Positions 39,220 to 48,518 are shown, counted from the first letter of the stretch. The stretch is DNA of 64,000 nt from Phycisphaerae bacterium (GCA_050115495.1 JASFQK010000012.1:86057-150056); one strand, 5' to 3'. Numbers and translations: made by a program. Notes: generated by a model not told the origin, from the letters alone.

Positions 39220-42200
39220 GTGAGCTCACTTCTCGCCGAATACGCCGCGAAGCTCGAACGCGACCATGCCGTCCCGAACTACATCGAGCCCACCATCGTG
39301 CTGGTGGATCGCAAGGGCGCGGACGGCCAGATCGCCCTGCGGCCGTTCGAGTGGCTGATTCGGCAGTTCGCCGACGGCATCGCCCGCACCTGGCTCGTCG
39401 TCGCGCCTAGCGGCGCGGGCAAAACGTCGCTGACCTGGCACGCGGCCATCCAGGCCTGCTACGCCGATCAGTGCCCCGTTTTCGTCAACCCGCTGACGTT
39501 ACAGCTCTGCTGGGAGGACGGTATCCGCCCGGCGGAGTTCGTGCTCCAGGCCAAACCAAGTCACTTTCCCCAGGACGACTGGCGGCAGATCGTCGAGGAC
39601 AACCGGCTCGTCTTGATCATCGACGCCGTCAACGAGCTGCAGCGCACGGTGAGCGAGGGCCAGTGGGACTTCCTCCTACGCCTGCTGGCCGGCGGACACC
39701 CGACGCCGGTGCTGGCCACGTCGCGCTACGCCGTCGATCCGCTTCAGACCCCGGGCCAGGGGCTGCGAGACGTTGAAACGCTCGACCTGGATGAGCTGAC
39801 CGAGGACCAGATTCTCGCCTACCTGGCGAGACGCGGCCTCTCCGACGGCGACGAGCACCTGCGCGCTTTTCGAGCGGCGGGCATCGAGTTGGCGGCCCGC
39901 AACCCCTACCTTCTCAAACTGCTTACCGACTTGCTGCAGTATCAGCTCGAGGGGAGCCAAACGCGGGAGATTCCCCGGACGCGTGCGGAACTGCTGCTGG
40001 CCACCGTCCTGAGGCCCATTCGTGAGCATCGCCTAAAGCCGGCGGAAGTCGACCTGGCCAACACGGGACTGTCGATGGAGGCCGTGTTGACGGCGGCGGC
40101 CACGACCCTCTACGCCAGCGGCGGGCAACAGGCCCGCCTGGCCGACGTGCGCGACGCGCTGGTGCGCGTCTGGCCCGACCGGGAGGCCGTCGAGCAGGCC
40201 ATCGTCGCGTTCTTCGATACCCAGATGGCGGATCTGGCGGAAGACAGCGGCGGCGACAAGGTCTTCCGCCTGACGCACGACTCGCTTCGCGACTTCGGGC
40301 TTGCCCTCGGCTGGCGCGAGGCGTCGCCGCCGGACTTCGTCTTTCATCCGGGACACCTGAACCAGTGTTTCGCGGATTGGGTCGGGATGCCTCCGCGGGC
40401 CGGGTCGGACGGGGATTCGGACGCGGACGAACTGGCGCTGACCTACCTGAATGAACTCGCCCGCCTCGGTTCCTGGGAGATCATGAGCGACGTCCTCGGC
40501 GCCAACCGTGGCCGCCTCTCCGAACAGACGCGCTCGGAGTACTGGGAGGCCATCGGCGAGGCGTTGCGTGACGTCGAATCCGAAGCGGCCGGGTCCATGG
40601 CCGACCAGCTGACGCGATTGCCCAAGGCGGTGCTGTTCGAAGCGGCCCACCACGGCATCCTGCGGCCTCTGCGTCTGCGTCTGTCTCGTCTGATCAAGGG
40701 GAGGATCAGACGTCCTGCGCAAAATGAGCCGACCGTGTCGAAAGACAGACTCCTGCGCGACGTGTATGTCCGCTTCGTCACGCGCCGGCTGGACAGCCGA
40801 GGCCTGCAGCGGGCGGCACGCGAGGCACGCGGCGAGAAGTCGTTCGCCCGGCCGCGCTGGTGGCGGCACGCTGCGGATGAGCCGCGTCCTTTCGTCCGCC
40901 CCGACGCCGCCGAAATACACCACCTCATCGATACTCTGGGTGATCCCCGCCGATTGGACCGCGATCGCGGCTTTGCGTCCCAGCGGTTGGGACTGATCGG
41001 GGACCCCATCGCCGTTCCGGTCCTGTGTCAGGTGCTCCGCGAGTGCGTCGAGCCCGTCCACCGCCGCCTGCGGGGTTCGTGCGCCAACTCGCTGGGGTTG
41101 ATCGGCGACGAGTCTGCCGTGGAGGATCTGGTGGCGGCGATGAAGGGGGACGCCGACCCGGTTGTTCGCGGTTCATGCACCAACGCCCTCGGACTCATCG
41201 GTGACCGAGCGGCCGCGCGGGCCCTGATGGAAACACTGCTGCGTGACGACGACCCGGTGAATCGTGGTGCGGCCGCCAAGGCGCTGGGACTGATCGGCGA
41301 CAAGGTGGCCGTGGAGGACCTGACCAGCGCACTGAAACAGGATGACGACCCGATGAACCGTGGTGCGGCCGCCAACGCACTCGGTCTGATCGGGGACAAG
41401 GCGGCCGTCGAGGATCTCTGCGAGGTTCTGCGCGATGACCAGGCACGCCCGGACGTTCGCGGTTCCTGCGCCAACGCGCTGGGCCTGATCGGGGAGAAGG
41501 CCACCGTAGCCGAACTCTGCAAGGTCCTGCGCGATGACCGGGTACGACCAGATGTACCCGCTTCGTGCGCCAACGCCCTGGGTCTGATCGGGGACAGGGT
41601 GGCCGTGCCGGATCTCTGCGTGGTTCTGCGCAACGACCGGGTGCGGCCGGACGTTCGTGGTTCCTGCGCCAACGCGCTAGGTCTGATCGGGGACGGGGTG
41701 GCCATGCCGGATCTCTGCGTGGTTCTGCGCGATGACCAGGCGCGATCGGATATTCGCGGTTCGTGTGCCAACTCCCTGGGTCTGATCGGCGACAGGGCGG
41801 CCGTGCCGGATCTCTGCGTGGTCCTGCGCGATGACCAGGCGCGATCGGATATCCGCGGGTCGTGTGCCAACGCCCTGGGACTGATCGGCGACAAGGTGGC
41901 TGTGCCAGATCTCTGCGGAGTCCTGCGCGATGAGCAGGCGAAATCGGATATCCGCGGTTCGTGTGCCAACGCCCTGGGACTGATCGGCGACAAGGCGGCC
42001 GTGCGAGATCTTTGCGAGGTCCTGCGCGATAAAGGGCGGCCGCCGGACGTGCGCGGTTCGTGTGCCAGCGCCCTGGGCCTCATCGGCGACCGAGCGGCCG
42101 CGCAGGACCTGACCGAGACGCTGAAGGAAGACCCCAACCCGGCTGTCCGCGGATCGTGCGCCAACGCCCTGCGGCGACTCGGCGTCGGGGCCACCACCTC

Positions 42201-43287
42201 CGAATCACGCATCGAACAAGCACAGAACCGCCAGACCGACCGGCTCGAACGCGACGTCGCTGTCCTGCTCGACTCCGCGTCCGACCCGAACGACGTGGAG
42301 CACGTCTTCCGGCGTCTGGCACGATTGCCCGCCGACCAGCTCACGAACGTCGCGCAGTCCGTCGATGCCAACCTCGCGGCGGTACAGCCGGACGACGCCG
42401 CACTCGCTGAGCGGCACCGAGCGTTGCGTGAGCTGGCGGAGCGGGTCAGGCGAGCCCAGGCCGAGGCCGACGAGCTGAGGGAGCATCCCGAGCGCATTCT
42501 GACGCACTACGTCAAGCGCGTTCGGCCCCTGTTCCCGGTGCCCCAACCCGCGTCGCTGGCGACCCCGGCCCCAGTCGCCACGGACGTCGCTCGCGCCCCC
42601 GAGGGCCTCGCGGCGGCGATCGAGTACGCGGGCCGACTCCCCGCGGCCTCCGCAGCAGCCCCCCCGTCTGACGCCGAGATGCTCGCGGAGATCGAAGGTC
42701 TCGTGAAAAAGTGCGCAGAACTCGGCTGGCCGGTTTCGTTCGGCCGCGACAAGTTCATGGCCCCGAGGCAGCGCAAACGCCGGGCCGCGGAGATCCTGCT
42801 TCTCCGGTATGCCTTCGCCCGCCACCAGGCACGCTTGCGCAGGTTCTTCGAGATCCGCAGGGATCAGCTCAATGTCTCGGTCGCGGATTACCGCGAATTC
42901 ACGGCGACGTTCGGCATCAATGCCCTGCATCGCGAGTTGCCTGTTGGCAAGGGAACGATCTACAAGCTCCAGGTCTATGCGATTCTCAAGAGCTTCCTGC
43001 CCACCGAGGCACAACTCAACCCGGTGAAAGCCGAGCGCACGAACGTGGTACAGCCAACGAGTGACGCGGAAATGGAGGCCTCGGAGCCGGCCAGGAGCGG
43101 TCAGCCCGCCGTCGACCCGCGTGAGGAAGCCGAGGTCTTCCGTCAACTGGACGAGCTGGCCGACTTCATGCTGCCCGGACTACCCGCGCAGATCCGGAAG
43201 ATGTACGAAGCTGGTGACGAGGCCATGACGCTCGAAAACGTCAAGCAGTACGTCCGCGATGCCCGTCGCGGGAAGCCGCGATCGTAG
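39220..43287 (+). CDS. STAND/NACHT-like NTPase with HEAT-repeat array and uncharacterised C-terminal domain
   Basis: Walker A APSGAGKTS, Walker B LIIDAVNE, sensor LATSR, NP motif (ARNPYLL) and about 13 HEAT/PBS-lyase repeats. Confidence 0.85.
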   Translation: MSSLLAEYAAKLERDHAVPNYIEPTIVLVDRKGADGQIALRPFEWLIRQFADGIARTWLVVAPSGAGKTSLTWHAAIQACYADQCPVFVNPLTLQLCWEDGIRPAEFVLQAKPSHFPQDDWRQIVEDNRLVLIIDAVNELQRTVSEGQWDFLLRLLAGGHPTPVLATSRYAVDPLQTPGQGLRDVETLDLDELTEDQILAYLARRGLSDGDEHLRAFRAAGIELAARNPYLLKLLTDLLQYQLEGSQTREIPRTRAELLLATVLRPIREHRLKPAEVDLANTGLSMEAVLTAAATTLYASGGQQARLADVRDALVRVWPDREAVEQAIVAFFDTQMADLAEDSGGDKVFRLTHDSLRDFGLALGWREASPPDFVFHPGHLNQCFADWVGMPPRAGSDGDSDADELALTYLNELARLGSWEIMSDVLGANRGRLSEQTRSEYWEAIGEALRDVESEAAGSMADQLTRLPKAVLFEAAHHGILRPLRLRLSRLIKGRIRRPAQNEPTVSKDRLLRDVYVRFVTRRLDSRGLQRAAREARGEKSFARPRWWRHAADEPRPFVRPDAAEIHHLIDTLGDPRRLDRDRGFASQRLGLIGDPIAVPVLCQVLRECVEPVHRRLRGSCANSLGLIGDESAVEDLVAAMKGDADPVVRGSCTNALGLIGDRAAARALMETLLRDDDPVNRGAAAKALGLIGDKVAVEDLTSALKQDDDPMNRGAAANALGLIGDKAAVEDLCEVLRDDQARPDVRGSCANALGLIGEKATVAELCKVLRDDRVRPDVPASCANALGLIGDRVAVPDLCVVLRNDRVRPDVRGSCANALGLIGDGVAMPDLCVVLRDDQARSDIRGSCANSLGLIGDRAAVPDLCVVLRDDQARSDIRGSCANALGLIGDKVAVPDLCGVLRDEQAKSDIRGSCANALGLIGDKAAVRDLCEVLRDKGRPPDVRGSCASALGLIGDRAAAQDLTETLKEDPNPAVRGSCANALRRLGVGATTSESRIEQAQNRQTDRLERDVAVLLDSASDPNDVEHVFRRLARLPADQLTNVAQSVDANLAAVQPDDAALAERHRALRELAERVRRAQAEADELREHPERILTHYVKRVRPLFPVPQPASLATPAPVATDVARAPEGLAAAIEYAGRLPAASAAAPPSDAEMLAEIEGLVKKCAELGWPVSFGRDKFMAPRQRKRRAAEILLLRYAFARHQARLRRFFEIRRDQLNVSVADYREFTATFGINALHRELPVGKGTIYKLQVYAILKSFLPTEAQLNPVKAERTNVVQPTSDAEMEASEPARSGQPAVDPREEAEVFRQLDELADFMLPGLPAQIRKMYEAGDEAMTLENVKQYVRDARRGKPRS
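40965..42183 (+). repeat. Intragenic tandem array of 96/99-bp HEAT repeat units
   Basis: Twelve LGLIG units plus a terminal ALRRLG unit. Consensus RGSCANALGLIGD.AAV.DLC.VLRDD...D; period 99 bp, e.g. 41755 to 41854. Confidence 0.9.
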
Positions 43288-43546
43288 CCAGGCCTGCCCC
43301 CCAGACGTCGAACGCCCGCCGCACCGCCCACGTTTTCCGACCCGTCCTCGCTCTCGCACGCACGTTTTTTTCCTCACTGACCAGCCATCCAAACTGACCG
43401 CGCGGTCAGTGTGACCGCCGAGACAATCGTAAGGCCTTTTCTGCAATCGTGTTATGGCAACTGACCCTGACCGCGCCGGCTGGGGCAGAGAGCCTCGTCG
43501 ACGCGTGTCGGCGAGTGACTCCGGTCCCAAATGACGGAGTATCGCG

Positions 43547-43912
43547 ATGTCTGCTCAGCTTGTCCCCTCTGGAGTCGGTCGGGTCCCCACCCCCTCCCGC
43601 GTCGCCGCGCCGGCGTACCGCCGCGTCGTCCACCGCCCTCCGTGGTGCCCTGGTGACGCCGTCCCGCACACCTGCAACTGCGGCGTCTGCGTCACGCACG
43701 AGCCGCTGCCCGGCGGCCCGGCGCCGGCCCGTGTTACGCTCCCGCCGCGGTGGTATCGCGGCGCGAACGCGCGAGCGATCGGGTTCTGGTTCACGCTCGT
43801 GGTCGAGTTGTCGCTGGCGGGTGCGTACGCCTTCGCCCGCGACGCCCTGTCGCACGGCTTCACCCTGACCACCTTCCACGCGTGGTGTCTGGCGAACGGC
43901 TTCGCCGGGTAA
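43547..43912 (+). CDS. Small Cys/His-rich protein with one TM
   Basis: GGAG RBS, H..PWC....HTCNCGVC..H cluster and hydrophobic IGFWFTLVVELSLAGAYAFA. Confidence 0.45.
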   Translation: MSAQLVPSGVGRVPTPSRVAAPAYRRVVHRPPWCPGDAVPHTCNCGVCVTHEPLPGGPAPARVTLPPRWYRGANARAIGFWFTLVVELSLAGAYAFARDALSHGFTLTTFHAWCLANGFAG

Positions 43913-44101
43913 CAAACCACCCGCGCGTCGATGCCCCCCAAGCGGCCCGACCAATCCTCGGGCCGCTTTTCCATTTGACCACCAGAGCAAACGCCCGCCC
44001 CTCTTCCGCCTCGTTGTCTAGTTGCCTTATTCCCAACAGAGAAAGGCCCCAACCGGGAAGCGGCCAGGGCCCTTGGAGCGTTCAGATGGTGCGTTTCGCT
44101 T

Positions 44102-44974
44102 CTACCGCCGACGGAGTAATGCCCCGACCGACAGCAGGAGCAGCAGTGAAGAAGGCTCGGGAATCGGCACAACCGCGACGTCGCCGCATTCCACCGGCGG
44201 CAGGCCGTCGCCCGGGTTATCGGGGCCGAACTCGGGCCCGAGCACGTAGCTCGAACCGTCCGTCGTGAACGTGTTCAACTGGCTGAAGTAATGGGGATAT
44301 TCGCCGTAGCCGACCGCCGGGTGATACCCCATGTCGTCGCGTGACCAGTCGATGGTCATGCCCTGCTGGAAATTCGTGTCCTGGGTCAGTTGGTACAGCT
44401 CGGACATCGCCATACCGTCACCCTTGTAGATCACGTCCTCGCCGACGTCGTGCAGATAGAACGCGCCCTGCGAGTCGATCGCGAAACCGACGTTGCGCTG
44501 CGTCTGGGGCAGACCCGTGAACGAACCCACCAGCGACACGGCGCCGGTCGTCAGGTTGATGGTGAACAGGCGCGTCGTGGTGAACTGCGACCGAATCCCA
44601 TACATCTGCCCATCCACGGGATTGAACGCGATGTCGTCCAGCGACTGCGTGCTGAGCGTGCCCTGCGGGGTCGCCTGGCCGGTGGCCATGTTGACGCTGT
44701 ACAGGCCGCCCGCGGCGCCGCCCGTGGACTTGTAGAGGGATGCGTACGCCCAGAGATTCCCGTCGGCGTCGAAGTCCATCCCGCCAAAGCCGATGTCCGG
44801 GACGTTCATCGAACCGACCGTGGTGTAATTGGTCGGATCGTTCGTGTCGAACGTGATGAGCGAGTCGGGCCCATCGAGGGGGCGTTCGAGGCCATTGGGG
44901 GCATACACGGTGACTGCGTTCGCGGTCAGGCTCGCCGCCAGCAGGACGCCGACACAGATCATGAGTTTGTACAT
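44102..44974 (-). CDS. PEP-CTERM protein with beta-propeller-like body
   Basis: Signal peptide, GMDFDADGNLW / DIAFNPVDGQMYG / GFAIDSQG repeats and IPEPSSLLLLLSVGALLRRR. Confidence 0.87.
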   Translation of the reverse strand: MYKLMICVGVLLAASLTANAVTVYAPNGLERPLDGPDSLITFDTNDPTNYTTVGSMNVPDIGFGGMDFDADGNLWAYASLYKSTGGAAGGLYSVNMATGQATPQGTLSTQSLDDIAFNPVDGQMYGIRSQFTTTRLFTINLTTGAVSLVGSFTGLPQTQRNVGFAIDSQGAFYLHDVGEDVIYKGDGMAMSELYQLTQDTNFQQGMTIDWSRDDMGYHPAVGYGEYPHYFSQLNTFTTDGSSYVLGPEFGPDNPGDGLPPVECGDVAVVPIPEPSSLLLLLSVGALLRRR

Positions 44975-45010
44975 CCTAATCATCTCCTGTTTCTGTGAAG
45001 CGTGCTCGAG

Positions 45011-45619
45011 TTAGCGACGACGGGCCAGGGCCAGACCGGCGACGACCAGCAGACCGAGAGCGCCGGGCTCGGGGATGGTGTTGGCAACCATATCATCGAA
45101 CACGAGCGGCTTGCCGGGAGTCGAGTGGCCCTGGATCTCGACGCGGGCGATGGGCGTATCGCTGTGCCAGCCGTGCCAGGCCCAAAGAGGATGCTCGATG
45201 TCGATGGTCACCGTGTCGATGACGGCGCCGAGCGTGTCACGGAACGTGACCGTGCTGACGTCCAACTCGTCGGCAGTACCGATGTAGCCACCGAACTCCG
45301 ACACGGGGGTGTCGAACTCGAAGGCGGCCCAGCCGGTAACCGAGCCCATCATGATGTTGCCATTGTACGGGTAGATGTACTCTTCGGTGGGAACGCTGTA
45401 AAGACTGGTCGCGATGTAGCCGTAGTGGGCAACCGTGTCATCGAACGTCCCCGCGCCGTCGAAGATGTCGATCGGCGTCTCCGTGCCACCGACGCTGCCG
45501 ATGGTCTCAAACCCCTCGTAGAGTTCGCCGGTGAACGGATCGATCGGGGTCACGCCGGCGCTGGCGGCGGCGACACAGCAGGCAACAAGAACAGCGAGTG
45601 TGGTACGGGACAGGGTCAT
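45011..45619 (-). CDS. PEP-CTERM sorting-domain protein
   Basis: GGAGGAG RBS, signal peptide (…AAASA) and IPEPGALGLLVVAGLALARRR. The body resembles that of 22416..23021. Confidence 0.87.
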   Translation of the reverse strand: MTLSRTTLAVLVACCVAAASAGVTPIDPFTGELYEGFETIGSVGGTETPIDIFDGAGTFDDTVAHYGYIATSLYSVPTEEYIYPYNGNIMMGSVTGWAAFEFDTPVSEFGGYIGTADELDVSTVTFRDTLGAVIDTVTIDIEHPLWAWHGWHSDTPIARVEIQGHSTPGKPLVFDDMVANTIPEPGALGLLVVAGLALARRR

Positions 45620-45682
45620 TTCAGCTCCTCCTTTGATGCTCCGGTTCACGTGACCGTGCTCAAGCGCGGTCCACTGGATACG

Positions 45683-45711
45683 AGAATAACCGGACGGAGA
45701 TCCCACTGCAA
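45683..45711 (-). promoter_or_regulatory. Sigma70-type promoter of the PEP-CTERM pair
   Basis: Minus strand TTGCAG-N17-TATTCT preceded by an A-rich tract. Confidence 0.45.
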
Positions 45712-45761
45712 AAGTTTTCTCAAGAATCCCGAAAATTTTCCCCAGGGAACGCTATCCGCTC

Positions 45762-45790
45762 TGGCATGGCCGGGGGCACGGGTTTATACT
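45762..45790 (+). promoter_or_regulatory. Promoter of HTH-like gene, predicted leaderless
   Basis: TGGCAT-N17-TATACT; the -10 ends 7 nt before ATG 45798 and there is no SD. Confidence 0.5.
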
Positions 45791-45797
45791 GACTTAC

Positions 45798-47042
45798 ATG
45801 AACCGAGGACCGTTAGCCGATGAACAGCCCCGGTCGGCCTTTGCGCCCCCCTCATTCCCGGCGCACGCCCGTGCGGTCGTCCGCTCCGTCCGCGGCGCCT
45901 TCTGCGAGCTGCTCAGTTCCGTCGGCGCCGGCCCCGACGTTCCCCAGGACGTCAGCCGACGCTTCGGCCTTAACAAGAACCTCGCCTGGAAGGTCTGCAA
46001 GATCATCCAGACCGATGACCCCGCCGTCGCCCTGGAGCACATGCCCGGCGCCGCCGGCATCAAGATCTTCCTGCGTTCGCTCGAACGCGCCGGGAGCAGT
46101 CCCGAACTGCTGCAAACCGCCCGCCAGGCTGTTCAGGAGTACGACCGGCTGATTCGCGTTCACGCCGGCGACCGTGCCACGCTCGAGATGATGGGCGGCG
46201 AGCTCAGTCCTGTCGGTCGTCGCCAACGCGACGAATATCATCGCAAGCTCCTGTTTCAGGGTGCCAGCTATGTTTGGGGCGTTCAGTGTCGGGCGATGCT
46301 CAAGATCGGACTCGTCGGCATCGGCTCGCAACCCGGTACGCTCGACTTCGCCTCGCTTAGCGCCCTCATCGATTTCCGCCGGCTGCGTCCGGACGTCACC
46401 TGGGTCATGGCCATGCGTGAGTCGCACAACGACGACGGCAGCGTCATGCTCAGCTCGCCGATCGAGGCCATGGACCCGCGGTTTGCGAGCCCGGACCAGG
46501 CTCCCCTCCTGGCCGATTTCTGCTCGCAGCCGCCCCCGGAGCTGCGGCGGATCGTCGATCGCACCGGGACCAACTTCGAGCTGGTCGAAGGGCAGGTCGG
46601 CAACACCGGCGCACGGACGTCCGTCGTCGGCGTGATCCAGCGCGGCATCCCCTACTACCGCTCGGCCGAGAACGAGTGGGGTGAGCATTCCGCCGTCTGC
46701 GATACACCGGCCAAGCTCATGCTGCTCGACCTCTTCGTCCACAACAGCCTGACCTTTGCCATTCCGCCGGAGCCGGTCCTCGTCAGTCGGCTTCCCAGTG
46801 GCGTGCCCCAACCCGGGCGCAAGCGCAAGCGGCTGCCGCTGCACGAGCGTCTCCAGGACCTCGGCATGGGCGCGACACCGGTGGCAACGCCCGAGATCCG
46901 GCGTTACAACCAGATGATCGAGACGATGTTCGCCCGCACCGGCTGGGACCCCGCTGACTTCCACGGTTTCCGCATGAAGATCGCCTACCCGGCCTGTCCG
47001 ACCGCCCTTCTGCTCCGCTACCGGCTGCCGCCGGCGCCCTGA
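45798..47042 (+). CDS. Uncharacterised ~414-aa protein with N-terminal HTH-like motif, putative regulator (paralog of 23308..24555)
   Basis: PQDVSRRFGLNKNLAWKV; shared motifs HAGDR, HRK....WGV, RR.RP.VTWV, FCSQP and ELVEG.VGNTGA. Confidence 0.75.
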   Translation: MNRGPLADEQPRSAFAPPSFPAHARAVVRSVRGAFCELLSSVGAGPDVPQDVSRRFGLNKNLAWKVCKIIQTDDPAVALEHMPGAAGIKIFLRSLERAGSSPELLQTARQAVQEYDRLIRVHAGDRATLEMMGGELSPVGRRQRDEYHRKLLFQGASYVWGVQCRAMLKIGLVGIGSQPGTLDFASLSALIDFRRLRPDVTWVMAMRESHNDDGSVMLSSPIEAMDPRFASPDQAPLLADFCSQPPPELRRIVDRTGTNFELVEGQVGNTGARTSVVGVIQRGIPYYRSAENEWGEHSAVCDTPAKLMLLDLFVHNSLTFAIPPEPVLVSRLPSGVPQPGRKRKRLPLHERLQDLGMGATPVATPEIRRYNQMIETMFARTGWDPADFHGFRMKIAYPACPTALLLRYRLPPAP

Positions 47043-47662
47043 CCGCCTCGCGTGAGACGCCGTTCTCGGGGAAAACGGTTCCCTGCTGTCGCTATCCAGA
47101 GCCGGAATCTGTCCCGCGCCGAAAAATCCGCGCGCCGCCCGGGCGGCCGGCGGCGATCCAGACATGGCCGGTCCAGGAAGGCGGAGATTGGGCGATGAGC
47201 GGCTGCCTCGGGAGCGATTACGGGACGACACGCCTCCGCGCAGGGCATAGCGCCGTAAGTGCATATTAAACCGTATGTTGCGATGTGTCAGGAAGTGTAT
47301 GGGAGCGGTTCCAAATCCCTTGCTGTGATCTTAGCAATCGGCTAGAATTCCGCGTGCTTCGTGTGAAGTGTTCAGGCCGAAACGGTACCCACGACGGTGC
47401 CGTTTACCGCGATAGATCATGCCTGGATTGCATGGTCCTCGGCCGTGTGTATTGCCCGGGGAATTGTGCGATGGTGGCCGTCACCCCCCGGCGGCCCTAA
47501 CGGAGTCTGGTACGTGTTTCGTGGTTCGGAGAGAGTAGTAGCGCCTCCGACAATGGCTGGGTGTAAGCACTCCCGCGTGTGAGTCCCCGCTACTGAGCAT
47601 GTTAGGCAGGCGCTGGTATCAGCAGGGAGTCCCTGCGCAGAGAGACGAGAAGGAGTAGTCTG

Positions 47663-48442
47663 ATGAGAGTGAGTTTGGTGCTTCTGGCTGTGATTGCAGT
47701 GGCGATGCCGGCTATGGCCGACAAGATTCTCGACACCTCGATCGCGGCGTTCCAGTCGCCGGCAGCCGCCGGCGCCCGTCAACTGGCCATGTCGACCGGC
47801 TTCGAAGCGGCCGACGGGTTCACGACGGGTAACATCAACGGGCAGGCCGGCTGGAGCGTGTTTGACGGCGACACGAATCAGATCGTCTGCAACGCGAATC
47901 CGGCGGACGGCAGCATGCACTACCGCAACCAGTACGAGCCCACGATGGACACCGGCTCGCTGGTTGGTGCGTTCAGTCCGGACCTGGGCGCTGCCCTTCC
48001 GAGTGCGCACACGATCTCGGTCGACGTGTGCATCTCGGCCGACGGCGGTGCGAACTATGACGTCGCGCCGCAGGCGCCCTCGCAGAGCATGCTGACGGCC
48101 CGCGTGTCCTTCGACTGGCTCGGCAACATCTTCGTGCTCGACGACATCGGCGCAGGCCTGGACTTCCAGGACACCGGCGTCGCCTGGACGATCGGCGAGT
48201 ACAAGAATCTGACGATCGCCATCGATCCGGTTGCCGACACGGCCGACTACTACTACGACGGCACGCTGATCTACAGCAACTGCGCCGGCCTCTGGGGCGG
48301 CACCACGACCGAGCAGGTCGTCCTGCTGTCGGACAACTACCACGGCACGGACGTCGGTGATTTCGATAACCTGGTGGTTACGCCCGAGCCGGCCAGCTTC
48401 CTGCTGATCGGTCTGGCGAGCCTGTTCCTTCGCCGCCGCTAG
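47663..48442 (+). CDS. PEP-CTERM protein (ConA/LamG-like beta-sandwich body)
   Basis: AAGGAG RBS, signal peptide and TPEPASFLLIGLASLFLRRR. Confidence 0.87.
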   Translation: MRVSLVLLAVIAVAMPAMADKILDTSIAAFQSPAAAGARQLAMSTGFEAADGFTTGNINGQAGWSVFDGDTNQIVCNANPADGSMHYRNQYEPTMDTGSLVGAFSPDLGAALPSAHTISVDVCISADGGANYDVAPQAPSQSMLTARVSFDWLGNIFVLDDIGAGLDFQDTGVAWTIGEYKNLTIAIDPVADTADYYYDGTLIYSNCAGLWGGTTTEQVVLLSDNYHGTDVGDFDNLVVTPEPASFLLIGLASLFLRRR

Positions 48443-48481
48443 TTGACCTCCTCCTCAACTGATGGACGCTGAAGGGCGTAC

Positions 48482-48518
48482 ACGCCCCCGCCGGCACCCC
48501 GGCGGGGGCGTTCTTTTT
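48482..48518 (+). terminator. Rho-independent terminator
   Basis: ACGCCCCCGCCGG-cacc-CCGGCGGGGGCGT followed by TCTTTTT. Confidence 0.8.
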
